Part shown: positions 10,691 through 19,977 of the stretch, one piece after another
Position numbering within the stretch: the first letter of the stretch is position 1
Layout: each line of letters begins with the position of its first letter
Source: Candidatus Eiseniibacteriota bacterium
Lineage (GTDB): Bacteria > Eisenbacteria > RBG-16-71-46 > CAIMUX01 > VGJL01
Assembly (NCBI GenBank): GCA_963792585.1
Contig: CAWBWI010000006.1
Location: 960,001 to 1,024,000 of the forward strand
DNA: 64,000 nt
Direction: 5' to 3'
Program-made: the position numbers and the translations under genes
Notes under the pieces: model-generated
Database searches by the model: none
The model's input: the letters and a program-made list of their open reading frames with translations, nothing else
Told to the model about the DNA's origin: nothing

Positions 10691-10737
10691 AAAAAATGAC
10701 CCGGGGGCCTCGTCCTCTGGGACGCAGACCCCCGGGC
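10691..10737 (-). terminator. Intrinsic terminator after paralog 3
   Basis: CCCGGGGGUC-UGCGUCC-CAGA-GGACG-AG-GCCCCCGGG then UCAUUUUUU. Confidence 0.75.
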
Positions 10738-10785
10738 TGAACCGACCCCGGCCTTATTGGGCGCAGGATCAGCAAATGCCTCCGA

Positions 10786-12839
10786 TTACTTCAGCAGGAC
10801 GAGCTTGGTCCCCTGCTTCCCCTCGACCGTCGTCAGGCGGGCGAAGTAGACACCGCTCTCGACCGGCTTGCCGGCATCGGAGAGTCCGGCCCAGGCGACC
10901 GTATGGTCCCCCGGGGTCGTCCTTCCCTCGTACACACCGGCCACCCGGCGACCGGCCATGTCGTAGATCTCGAGGCGGACCGGTCCATCCGCTCCGCGGG
11001 GAGAGACCTGGTAGAAGATCTCGGTGCGCGGGTTGAACGGATTCGGTCGGACCGACGAGATCCTCGAGGCGAGGATCGAACCCGGGAGGTCATCGACGTC
11101 CGCGGGAGGCGCCGGCTGCAACCAGGTCAGGATCCGTCCGAGGACGGTCTTCTGGTTGTTCGGATCCGGGTCGGTCGGGCTGATCGCATTGAAGACCGCA
11201 GGCATGAAGACTGCCTTGGATCCCCGCCCAACCACGTTGTGAAGAACCGCGTTGGATCCCTCGTCCCCGAGCAGCGAGGTGACCGCCGTCGCCGGATTCG
11301 CGTTGTCCCCCTTGTTGAACGAAGGGAACTGGAACGAGAGCGGCAAGGTGAGGCCGTCGCCGATCGGGTCCCCCGCGACGCCGTTGAGGGTCGTGTACCC
11401 CGTGTCGAGCGTCCAGGTGCCGATTCCGAGGTAGTTCTGGGTGAACGCGTTTGGCGTCCCGACGGAGTTCAGGAAGTACTGGCTGGTGAGGAACAGGCTC
11501 CCGCCGGCATCCATGAACTGCATCATCAACGCCTGCTCGGGGTCTCCCGGCAGAGCGTTCGACCGGTAGGCCGTCTCCCAGATCATGATGTCGAAGCCCG
11601 AGACATCGAGCCAGCCCGGCGGGGTGCCGCTGTGCTGGTAGGCGATATCCCAGCGGTCGTACAGGTAACCGAGCTGATCGAGCGCGGTCGTCCAGATCGC
11701 GGAGTGCTCGGTGTTCTGGTTGTTGTTCACGAGGAAGACCGCGTAGCTGCCGTTGAACACACGCAGGTTGGACGTCTTCACGTCTCCCGAGTTGCTCGAT
11801 GACGCTTCGAACGCTCCCGTCCGGATCTGCTTGGTCCCATCCGTGTGGACGCGGACCGTGAAGTCGCAGGACTCGCCGGCGGGGACGCTGATCTCAACCG
11901 GCGCGGTGTGCGGGTTCGGATCGCCGCAGACGAGAATCTCGCTCGTCCAGGTCCCGAGACCCGTGGGCGGCGTGAGCGTGAGCACGTCGGCGTTGAGGCC
12001 GGTGTTCGTGATCTGTCCCGTGAAGACCGCCGTTCCATTGCCGGCCGGGACGGAGTCCACGAAGTTGGCGAAGGTCATGCGGAAGTCGTAGGGACGGGGC
12101 ATCCGGTAGCCCTGGATGATCGGGGTGGTCCCGGTCGTCTGCTGGAGGTAGGCGATCCCCGTCAGATTGTCCACGTTCCAGTTCGGGTTCCGCGGGACCG
12201 TGGTGGACACCGTGACCTGGTCACCGACGTTGGTCAGCGTGATGTTCTGGTCGTACATGTCGCGGGTCACGCGATCCCAGTGGCTCACGTTCCCGTATCC
12301 GCAGCACCAGGTGATGTCGTCCTCGTAGAAGAGAAGCGTCGCGCGGAGGTTGGTCAGGGTGACCGGGTCGACCTTGCGGAAAGTCGCAGAGTAGATGATG
12401 TCGGTCGCCGTGGTCTGGAAGCTTCCCGTGATCTCCACAGGACTTACGTTGTTCGTCTCGTTGAATCGCGCGTTCAGCGCGTTGCGGTACAAGACCGTCG
12501 TCGTGGGGCAAACATCCGCGCCGATGAACTCGCGGCTGCCGTCGATCTCGATCGTGGGGTAACCGGACGTACGCCGTACCAGTTCGCACGAGCCGTCGTC
12601 TCGGTCGTGGTGAAGGGATCGTTGCTGGAGACATGATGGCTCTCCCAGTGAATGACCCGATCACCGAACTCGATTTCCATTGCTTCGGACGCGCACCGCG
12701 CCCGAGGGCAGTACGTTCACCACGTCGCCCCGAATTCTTCGATGATTGCGACCTTCGGCACGCTCGCCATGACTGCGGGCGCGAACACCGCCCCGAGCAG
12801 GAGCAAGATCCCCCCGAGGGCTGCGAACTTTCTGAGCAT
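10786..12839 (-). CDS. Secreted selenoprotein paralog 3 (~683 aa, UTYC); one frameshift at ~12570
   Basis: ATG 12839 with GGAGGT RBS; MLRKFAALGG...EEFGATW-TGA(12719-12717)-TYCPRARCASEAMEIEF...NWYG/SGYPTIEIDG, continuing into ORF 10786-12492. Confidence 0.85.
12685..12705 (-). other. Bacterial SECIS-like hairpin (paralog 3)
   Basis: UCGGGCGC-GGUGC-GCGUCCGA at +12..+32 after UGA. Confidence 0.75.
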
Positions 12840-12988
12840 GACACCTCCCCAAGCTGCATCCGACTGTGGTCACACATACGCGGAAGCCGATCCAGAGGAC
12901 CCGATCCAGAGGATCCGCTCCAGATGACGCCCTTGAATTCTACCATATCGAATGCCTGGAATTGAAGGATGTAGAAGCACTTATATCG

Positions 12989-13004
12989 TGTGAAACTCAT
13001 CACA
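12989..13004. promoter_or_regulatory. CRP/HcpR-type box
   Basis: Perfect TGTGA-AACTCA-TCACA; minus-strand extended -10 TGgTAGAAT at ~12945-12937. Confidence 0.55.
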
Positions 13005-13190
13005 TATGTGGTTTTCGCTCATCCTCCGTCCGCTGAATGTCCCGGGGTCGCAGTCCTCGGACGGCACGTCGCGACCGGGACTCTGCGTCGCGGTCCATCC
13101 CGCAGTGCGCCGCCGGCTCCACAATCCATAGGGTGCTGCCCGGGACCTTGGCTAACCACTTGAAATCGCGCGGGATCGAGGGCCCCCTTC

Positions 13191-15257
13191 TTGAGGACGG
13201 CCGAAGGCCCTGCTAGTCTGGGCGCCTGGACGAAGGAGCACGATGAACTCGCCGATGATCTCGGATTCCGCGCCGCCCGCAAACCGGCCCTCCGGTTGGC
13301 CATCGCCATCCTGGTTCTCTCCTCGGTGCTGCCCTATCTGAATGCTCTCCGTTGCGGCTTCGCATTCGACGACCAGCTCCTCGTGGCGCGCCACAAGGTC
13401 GTGACCGGTGCTTTCGCGCCCCTTTCCATTCTGGCGGCTCCATACTGGGAGGCGATCCGAGAAGCGCTCTTGTGGCGGCCGGTGACCACCTTCTCCTTCG
13501 CGATCGATTGGCATCTCGGAGGAGGAGGCGCCGCATGGTTCCACGCGGTCAATATTGGATTGCACGCGATCGTGACGCTGCTGTGGGCCTGGCTCGTATT
13601 GCGGATCACGAGTCGTCGCGCTCTGGCGCTGGTCGCAGGAGCGCTCTTCGCGGTCCACCCGATCCACACCGAAGCGGTGACCTGGATTTCGGGGCGGGCG
13701 GAGCTGCTCGCTGCGGCGTTCGGACTCGCGGCCGTGCACCTCGCCTGGTCGCGTTGGCGATGGCTCACCCTGCCGGCCGTGCTGCTCGCCGTTGGATCGA
13801 AGGAGAGCGCGGCGGCCTTGCCGTTGATCCTGCTCTATCTGAGTTGGGCCTTGCGCGGGAGGCGCGCCGATGCCCCGTCATGGCGCCTCGGCGTTGCCGC
13901 GTTCGCGCCGGTCGTGCTGTTCGTCGTCCTGCGTCGCGTCGTGCTCGGGACATGGGGCGGCCCGAGCCCCGATCCGATGGACAATCCGATGAGCGGGCTC
14001 GGACTCCTCGCGCGGTTGCCGACCGTCCTGGATGCGGCGGGGCGTTATCTGGTTCTGCTCATCTGGCCCGCGCGGCTGTCGATCGACTACTCCGCGCCGG
14101 TTCTGGGGGTCGTGCGCGGCCTGACGCCGCTCCTTCTCATGGGGCTCGTCGCGTCGGTCGGTCTCGTCTTGCTGGCCATCCGGCGTCGCCGCGAGCCGGA
14201 AGGGTGGGGCGCCGGGTTCGCGCTCCTGAGTTTCGCGCTCGCGTCCAACCTGCCGGTGGTGATCGGCACCATCTTCGCCGAGCGCCTCCTCTACCTTCCC
14301 TCGGCGGGGTTGCTCCTCATCGCCGTGTGTGGAGGTTTCGCCCTCACCCGTCAGCGGGTGCCCGCGCGGGCGCTCCAGGCGATCCTCGCAATCCTCATCC
14401 TTGCCGGCGTCGCCCGTACATGGACCCGTAACCGCGATTATCTCGACGAGGCGACGATGTATGCGGCCGGAGTGCGTGTCACCCCGAATAGCCCCAAGAT
14501 GCGCTTCAACCATGCGCTCGCGCTCAACCGCCAGGGCCGGCATGAGGATGCCGTCCGCGAGGGAATCGAGGCCATCCGCCTGAACCCATCGAGCCGCGAA
14601 GCACGTGATGTCATCGCCTGCTCGCTCGATTCGCTCGGCAGAGGAGAGGAGGCGATCCGCTTCCTCCGTCGCGTTCTGATCGAAGATCCGGGAGACCGCG
14701 TTTCGCGAAGGAAGCTGATCACCCTGCTCGAGAAGCGCGGCCTGCTCGACGCGGTCGATTCCATCGCCACCGCGGGGGTGCGAGGCGATCCGGACGAGCC
14801 CGAATGGGTGGGGCGGGCCGCGAAGGCCGCGCAGGATCGGAGGGACTACGCGCGCGCGGCCGAACTCTGGCGCGAGGCCTTGCGCCGCTCGCCGGACACG
14901 GTCGACGTTCCGCTCTACCTCGCATTCTGCCTCTACAAGCTCGGGGACATCATCGGCGCACGGGACGCATACCGCGAGGCGTTGCGTCGCTCCCCCGAAT
15001 CGGCGGACGCCGCGAACGGGCTCGCCTGGGCCCTGCTCGAAACCGGCGGCCCGGTGGACGAGGCAATCCGCCTCGGGGAACTGGCGACCGCGAAAGCGCC
15101 GCAGGGCGCGAACGGATTCGACACTCTGGCCCGCGCCTACGAAGCGGCGAGACGATGCGCCGACGCGATCCGCGCCCAGGAGCGGGCGATCGAACTCGAT
15201 CCGGCCAATGCGTCGTACCGTCAGAGACTCGCCGCGATCCGGCAACGCTGCCGGTAG
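13191..15257 (+). CDS. TMTC-like GT-C protein glycosyltransferase (DUF1736-type membrane domain + TPR repeats)
   Basis: FAFDD, WRPVT, FHAVNIGLH, FAVHPIHTEAVTWISGRAELL, SKE, WPARLSIDY, FAERLLYLPS, then TPRs; start uncertain because the best RBS+ATG at 13243 is out of frame. Confidence 0.85.
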   Translation: MRTAEGPASLGAWTKEHDELADDLGFRAARKPALRLAIAILVLSSVLPYLNALRCGFAFDDQLLVARHKVVTGAFAPLSILAAPYWEAIREALLWRPVTTFSFAIDWHLGGGGAAWFHAVNIGLHAIVTLLWAWLVLRITSRRALALVAGALFAVHPIHTEAVTWISGRAELLAAAFGLAAVHLAWSRWRWLTLPAVLLAVGSKESAAALPLILLYLSWALRGRRADAPSWRLGVAAFAPVVLFVVLRRVVLGTWGGPSPDPMDNPMSGLGLLARLPTVLDAAGRYLVLLIWPARLSIDYSAPVLGVVRGLTPLLLMGLVASVGLVLLAIRRRREPEGWGAGFALLSFALASNLPVVIGTIFAERLLYLPSAGLLLIAVCGGFALTRQRVPARALQAILAILILAGVARTWTRNRDYLDEATMYAAGVRVTPNSPKMRFNHALALNRQGRHEDAVREGIEAIRLNPSSREARDVIACSLDSLGRGEEAIRFLRRVLIEDPGDRVSRRKLITLLEKRGLLDAVDSIATAGVRGDPDEPEWVGRAAKAAQDRRDYARAAELWREALRRSPDTVDVPLYLAFCLYKLGDIIGARDAYREALRRSPESADAANGLAWALLETGGPVDEAIRLGELATAKAPQGANGFDTLARAYEAARRCADAIRAQERAIELDPANASYRQRLAAIRQRCR

Positions 15258-15314
15258 GGGAGCCGCACGATAGGGGCCGCAGTAGCGTCGAGAGACGGGC
15301 GCTATATGGGTTCC

Positions 15315-15824
15315 CTAGAGAACGCTCTCGTTCACCTGACCGAAGGACTTCATCTCCCCCTCGGTATCGAGAACCATCCGCGCGATCAGATCGCCGACCA
15401 GGAACTCGCTGATCGAGTCCTCTCCGGTCGACTTCATCTTGATCAGGACGGGGATCCCGTCCGCCTTGAAGCGGATCCAGGCGGTGCCGGCTTCGGTCGG
15501 AGGGATGAACGCGCAGTCGAAGGTCAGCGGAGGCAGTCCGTCGACGATCTGCTTCAGGAACTCCGCCGCGTCAATGTCCTTCTGAAGCGGGCGGGTGTAG
15601 TAGATCCCGATCTCGGTCGCCCGATCCGCGGTCTCCCAATCGGGGCCGAGGCGGAAGAGGATGGCCATGTCCATGCCGTCGACGTCATGGATTTCGTACC
15701 AGCCCCGACTTCCCCGGTAGACGATCGCTTCCTGCCCCTCTTCGCGGGGTTCGAGTCTCGTCACGCCGATCATGGGGTCCCCGGTGATCTCCTGAGCGCG
15801 CGCGACGACCGCGATCGTGTCCAT
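15315..15824 (-). CDS. Hypothetical protein
   Basis: ATG 15824 with GAGGGGG RBS; protein-like composition. Confidence 0.6.
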   Translation of the reverse strand: MDTIAVVARAQEITGDPMIGVTRLEPREEGQEAIVYRGSRGWYEIHDVDGMDMAILFRLGPDWETADRATEIGIYYTRPLQKDIDAAEFLKQIVDGLPPLTFDCAFIPPTEAGTAWIRFKADGIPVLIKMKSTGEDSISEFLVGDLIARMVLDTEGEMKSFGQVNESVL

Positions 15825-15993
15825 CGTTCCCCCCTCGCAACGGGATCCCAAGAACCGCGAGATTTCATGCTAGTCAGGGCCGGGCCCGTCCGCAATGACC
15901 CCTTGGCAATCCCCCCCCGCCACGTCCTACAATCCTCTTGGAATCGCCTGCCGGGGACCGGGCGACCCCCGTCGCTTCGCGGGGAGGATGGTC

Positions 15994-18031
15994 ATGATCC
16001 GACTTGCGCGCCTGGCTACCCTCGTCGCGGCTGTGGGAGGGCTCCTCCTTCCTGCCGCCGGCCGAGCGGCAGGACCCGAATCCGCGACTGACGGTCCTCC
16101 TACCTGGACCTCCGGCCCGACCTCCAGGTCCGACTGGAACTGGGAGCGGATGCGATCGACCCTCACCTTCCGCCTGCCGCCCGACTACGCATCGATGCCG
16201 AAGTTCGACCCCTCCACAGGAATGAAAGAGATGCTCCCCGCGCGCTGGGACTGGCGCGAGCACGACGGCGTGACCCCGGTCAAGGACCAGGGCAGTTGCG
16301 GAAGCTGCTGGGCATTCGCGTCCGTAGGGGCGCTGGAAGCCGCCGCTCGCCTGACCGACAAGGTCGTCTACGACGTGAGCGAGCAGCAGGTGATGGCCTG
16401 CAACTCGTTCGGGCAGGGCTGCGGCGGCGGGTGGTTCGACGCTCCCTATGAGGTCTTCTCGGCATACGGCGCGGTCCCCGAAGAGTGCATGCCCTATCAG
16501 GCGACCGACGGAATCCCCTGCATCCAGGAGACCTATCCCCCCTCGATCGTGGCGACCGACTTCCTCCTCTTCGAGGAGAGCGTCGAATCGATCAAGGCGG
16601 CCGTCTACACCTACGGCCCGATCGCATGCGCCATGTACGTCTTCGACGAGTTCACGAGGTACACGGGCGGCTGCTACTCGCGCGGACCCGCAGGGGACGT
16701 CAACCACGCGGTCGTCATCGTCGGCTGGGACGACGGCCTGTGCGGCGGCGCATGGATCGCCAAGAACAGCTGGGGGGAAGGTTGGGGCGATCGGCGGCTT
16801 CTTCACGATCCGGTACGGTAGCGCGGAGATCGGCACCTCGCCCTGCTTCTTCAAGCCCAAGCCGGGTCGCGTGATCTCGATCCGACCCGTGCCGATCGAA
16901 TCGACACTCGACGGGACCCTCCCGTTCGCCGTGCGCGCGAGCATCCATTCCCTCGCAGGCACCGCGATCAATCCAGACTCGGTTTGCCTCAACTACCGCG
17001 TGAACGGAGAAGGATGGCGTTGCACGACGATGGAGCGGGACGACGCGCCGGGCCTCTGGGTCGGCACGATCCCGCCGCAGGAGAAACCGGCCACCGTCGA
17101 ATACTATCTGCGTGCTGATGACGTCGACGATCGGCGGGCGATCGCGCCCGGGAACGCGCCCGACAGCCTCTACGCCTTCGACGTCGCGCGCGAGCTGGAG
17201 TGTTTCGAGGGCGACAACTCCGGATGGACGGTCGGATCACCGGACGATGCCGCCACGTCGGGTCGATGGGAATGGGTCGATCCGGTCGGGACGCAGGCGC
17301 AACCTGCGGCCGACCGCACCCCGCGCGGCAACCGCGCATGGATCACCGGCCAGCACACCCCCGGCCAGGATGTGGGATTCAACGACGTCGACAACGGAAG
17401 GACCACCCTGACCAGTCCTGGATATGACCTGACCGGTTCGCGAACCGCCGTCTTCAAGTACTTCCGCTGGTTCTCGAACGACAAGGGACAGAATCCCGGC
17501 GAGGATCCCTGGATCGTCCAGGCACGAAACGACGGCGGTCCATGGGTCGACATCGAAAACACCGGGGTCTCGAGCGATGCGTGGGTCGAGGTGAAGTACG
17601 ACCTGATGCAGCTCTTCGGCCCGGCGATCGGGCTCGTCCAGGTGCGATTCATCGCCCAGGATCTCGGCTCGCCGTCATGTGTCGAGGCGGCGGTCGACGA
17701 CCTCGCGATCCTCGCAGAGCAACCCGAGGCGAGCGCGACGCGTCAACCCGCCCCCCTGGTGTCGGAGTTGACCGCTGATCCGAATCCCGCCGCCGCGACG
17801 GTCCTCTTGCGCTTTACCCTGCCGCGGGATGAGACGGTGCGCCTCCGGGTGTTCGCGCCGGACGGACGGCTCGTGCGAACGCTGGCCGACGGAACGTACC
17901 GGTCCGGAGCCCACGTCGTCGCGTGGGATGGTCGGGACGGCTTCGGCCGCCGCGCTCCGTCGGGGCCCTACTACTGGTCCCTCGAGGGCGCGGGAACGCG
18001 TCGCACCGGCTCCTTGCGCATCTTGCGGTAG
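15994..18031 (+). CDS. Secreted papain-like C1A cysteine peptidase with CTD; +1 frameshift at ~16791
   Basis: WDWR...VKDQGSCGSCWAF, NHAVVIVGW, WIAKNSWGEGWG/GGFFTIRYG; C-terminal PNP...DGRLVRTL...WDG. Confidence 0.88.
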
Positions 18032-18221
18032 CGGAACGCCCCCAGCCACCAGAACCAAACGAACGTTCGCTTCCGGGGCGCGAGATTCGTCGCGCCCCCC
18101 GGACCCGGAGCGCCCCGTGCGGGGTAAACACGATACTTGCCGCGCAGAGTGGCGGTCGCCGGCGCGAAGCGATAGATTCGGGCGTCGCCTCGCGCGCGGC
18201 GCAAGGCCCAGGAGGAACCGC

Positions 18222-19022
18222 GTGAATCGCATCTCGAAGAAGATCATCCGTCTCGCCATCCCGCTCACGGCTATGGTTGTCTGCCTCGCGGCGACGGCGG
18301 CCGCGGAGGTCTGGCAGCAGAATATCTCGATGCTCGTGCAGACGGACGGCAAGCCGGACGGCTCCGCCAGCGTCTTCGACAGCGCCGACTTTCAGCAGCT
18401 CCTTCTGCAAATGGAAGGCCGCCCCATCTCCTTCGTCCTCAGCCTCGGAGACGGAGCCGTCTACAGCCTACCGGCTGATAGCGTCCGTACCGATCGGGAC
18501 GGCAATGCCGTGTTCGGGATCTTCAAGACGGACTACGTATCGGAGCTGGAGAAGAAGGACGCCGTCCTCGCCTTCACCTGGGACAAACACGCGATCCAGG
18601 TGCAACCCCTCCCCCCGCTCGTGGGCGCCGCTTCCCTGCAGAAGATCCTCGACATGAAACCGGCCTACGCGCATGCGGCGCAGGTGTACAAACCCGATGC
18701 GACGAAGATCGCCGCGCTCAAGGCCGTGTCCGTAGACACGGAGATCCGCGTCTATTTCGGCACGTGGTGCCTGCTCTGCAAGCAGGTCGTTCCCAGTTTG
18801 ATCCGGTCGGTAGAGGTGGCGGGCAACCCGAAGATCAAGGTGACCTATACGGGCGTCGATGAAGACCTGCTGCAACCCGAAACCGAAATCGCGAGGGACC
18901 ACATCACGAAGACCCCGACGATCCTCGTCCTCCGTAACGGCGTCGAGATGGGCAGGATCGAGGAGAAGCCGGCGACGACGGTCGAGGGAGACATCGCAGC
19001 GATCCTGGCAACGACACGCTGA
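18222..19022 (+). CDS. Exported thioredoxin-family protein
   Basis: GTG 18222 with GGAGG RBS; signal peptide; YFGTWCLLCKQ, TKTPT, GVEMGRI. Confidence 0.8.
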   Translation: MNRISKKIIRLAIPLTAMVVCLAATAAAEVWQQNISMLVQTDGKPDGSASVFDSADFQQLLLQMEGRPISFVLSLGDGAVYSLPADSVRTDRDGNAVFGIFKTDYVSELEKKDAVLAFTWDKHAIQVQPLPPLVGAASLQKILDMKPAYAHAAQVYKPDATKIAALKAVSVDTEIRVYFGTWCLLCKQVVPSLIRSVEVAGNPKIKVTYTGVDEDLLQPETEIARDHITKTPTILVLRNGVEMGRIEEKPATTVEGDIAAILATTR

Positions 19023-19041
19023 TCCTCGACGGGGGGTGGGG

Positions 19042-19950
19042 ATGATGGGGGAGCAATCTCGGTGGCGGATCGGATGGGCGCTGGGCCTCGTGCCGGCCGC
19101 CGTGCTTCTCTTCGCGGCCGTCCAGAAGGGGTTCGATCCGACGCTCTTCATCGACCAGATCAGCGCGCACAAGGTCACACCCGCCTCTTGGTCCCCCGCG
19201 CTCGCCTACTTCTTCATCGCGGCCGAGATCCTGATCGCCTTCGCATTGATCCTCCGTCTCTGGCCGCGGTGGACCCACTCGGCTTTCATGCTGCTGATGA
19301 TCGGCTTCATCGGCGTGACATCGATCGCATGGGCGAATGGGAATACGAAGGAGTGCGGCTGCTTCGGCCGCGCCGTGAGCCGCGGGCCGCTCGGCGTCAT
19401 CATCGAGGACGGCATCTTGATCATCGTCTCTGCGGTCGCGTTCTACCTGCTCAAGAGAGCGCCGACCCGACGCCGGCCGATCCTCATCGGGGGAATCCTG
19501 CTGCCGGTGACCCTCGCGTTCACGGCGCTCGGCGCGCGCCTGCCCGCCGACTCCCTGGTCACGGGCGTCAAGTCGGGCTCGAACCTCTCCGACCTCCCCC
19601 TGGAAGACCTGCGCAAACCCCACTCGGAAGGCCTCGCCTTCCTCGTGCTCGTCGACGCCCGCTGCAAAGGTTGCGAGGCCGGGGTCGCGGGGCTGAACGA
19701 CCTCGCCCGCGAGCGGCGAAACGTGAACTTCGTGGCCGTCTATTCGGGCACCCGAACGGATGCCGTGGCGTGGAGAATGAAGGTCCTGCCCGCGTACGCC
19801 GTCGCGCACGCCACGCCCCGCGCACTGCGCGCCTGGTATCGAACCCTTCCGACCTGTTTCCTCCTGAAGGAAGGGCGGGTCGTGCGGGCGTTCTGGGGAC
19901 GCATCCCGACCGCCGCGGAGTTGGCGCCGCTTCTACCCGCCTCCCCCTGA
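19042..19950 (+). CDS. MauE/DoxX-family membrane protein fused to a TlpA-like thioredoxin domain
   Basis: TM helices with ECGCFG; C-terminal RCKGC and TLPTCFLL. Confidence 0.8.
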   Translation: MMGEQSRWRIGWALGLVPAAVLLFAAVQKGFDPTLFIDQISAHKVTPASWSPALAYFFIAAEILIAFALILRLWPRWTHSAFMLLMIGFIGVTSIAWANGNTKECGCFGRAVSRGPLGVIIEDGILIIVSAVAFYLLKRAPTRRRPILIGGILLPVTLAFTALGARLPADSLVTGVKSGSNLSDLPLEDLRKPHSEGLAFLVLVDARCKGCEAGVAGLNDLARERRNVNFVAVYSGTRTDAVAWRMKVLPAYAVAHATPRALRAWYRTLPTCFLLKEGRVVRAFWGRIPTAAELAPLLPASP

Positions 19951-19977
19951 TCGGCCGCGCCGGATCGCCTTCATCAT

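Noticed and set aside
8108..12719. Genome-wide UGA reassignment (code 4 or 25), or simple nonsense mutations
   Set aside because: Many genes here end properly at TGA (e.g. 1839, 19022, 35811). Three independent nonsense mutations at the same catalytic Cys column are implausible.
9105..16795. Single frameshifts at ~9112, ~12570 and ~16791 (also ~63593) as phase variation or recoding
   Set aside because: No slippery heptamer or long homopolymer at these sites, and the window shows a general indel error background. The three TGAs differ: they are in frame, positionally conserved and followed by hairpins.
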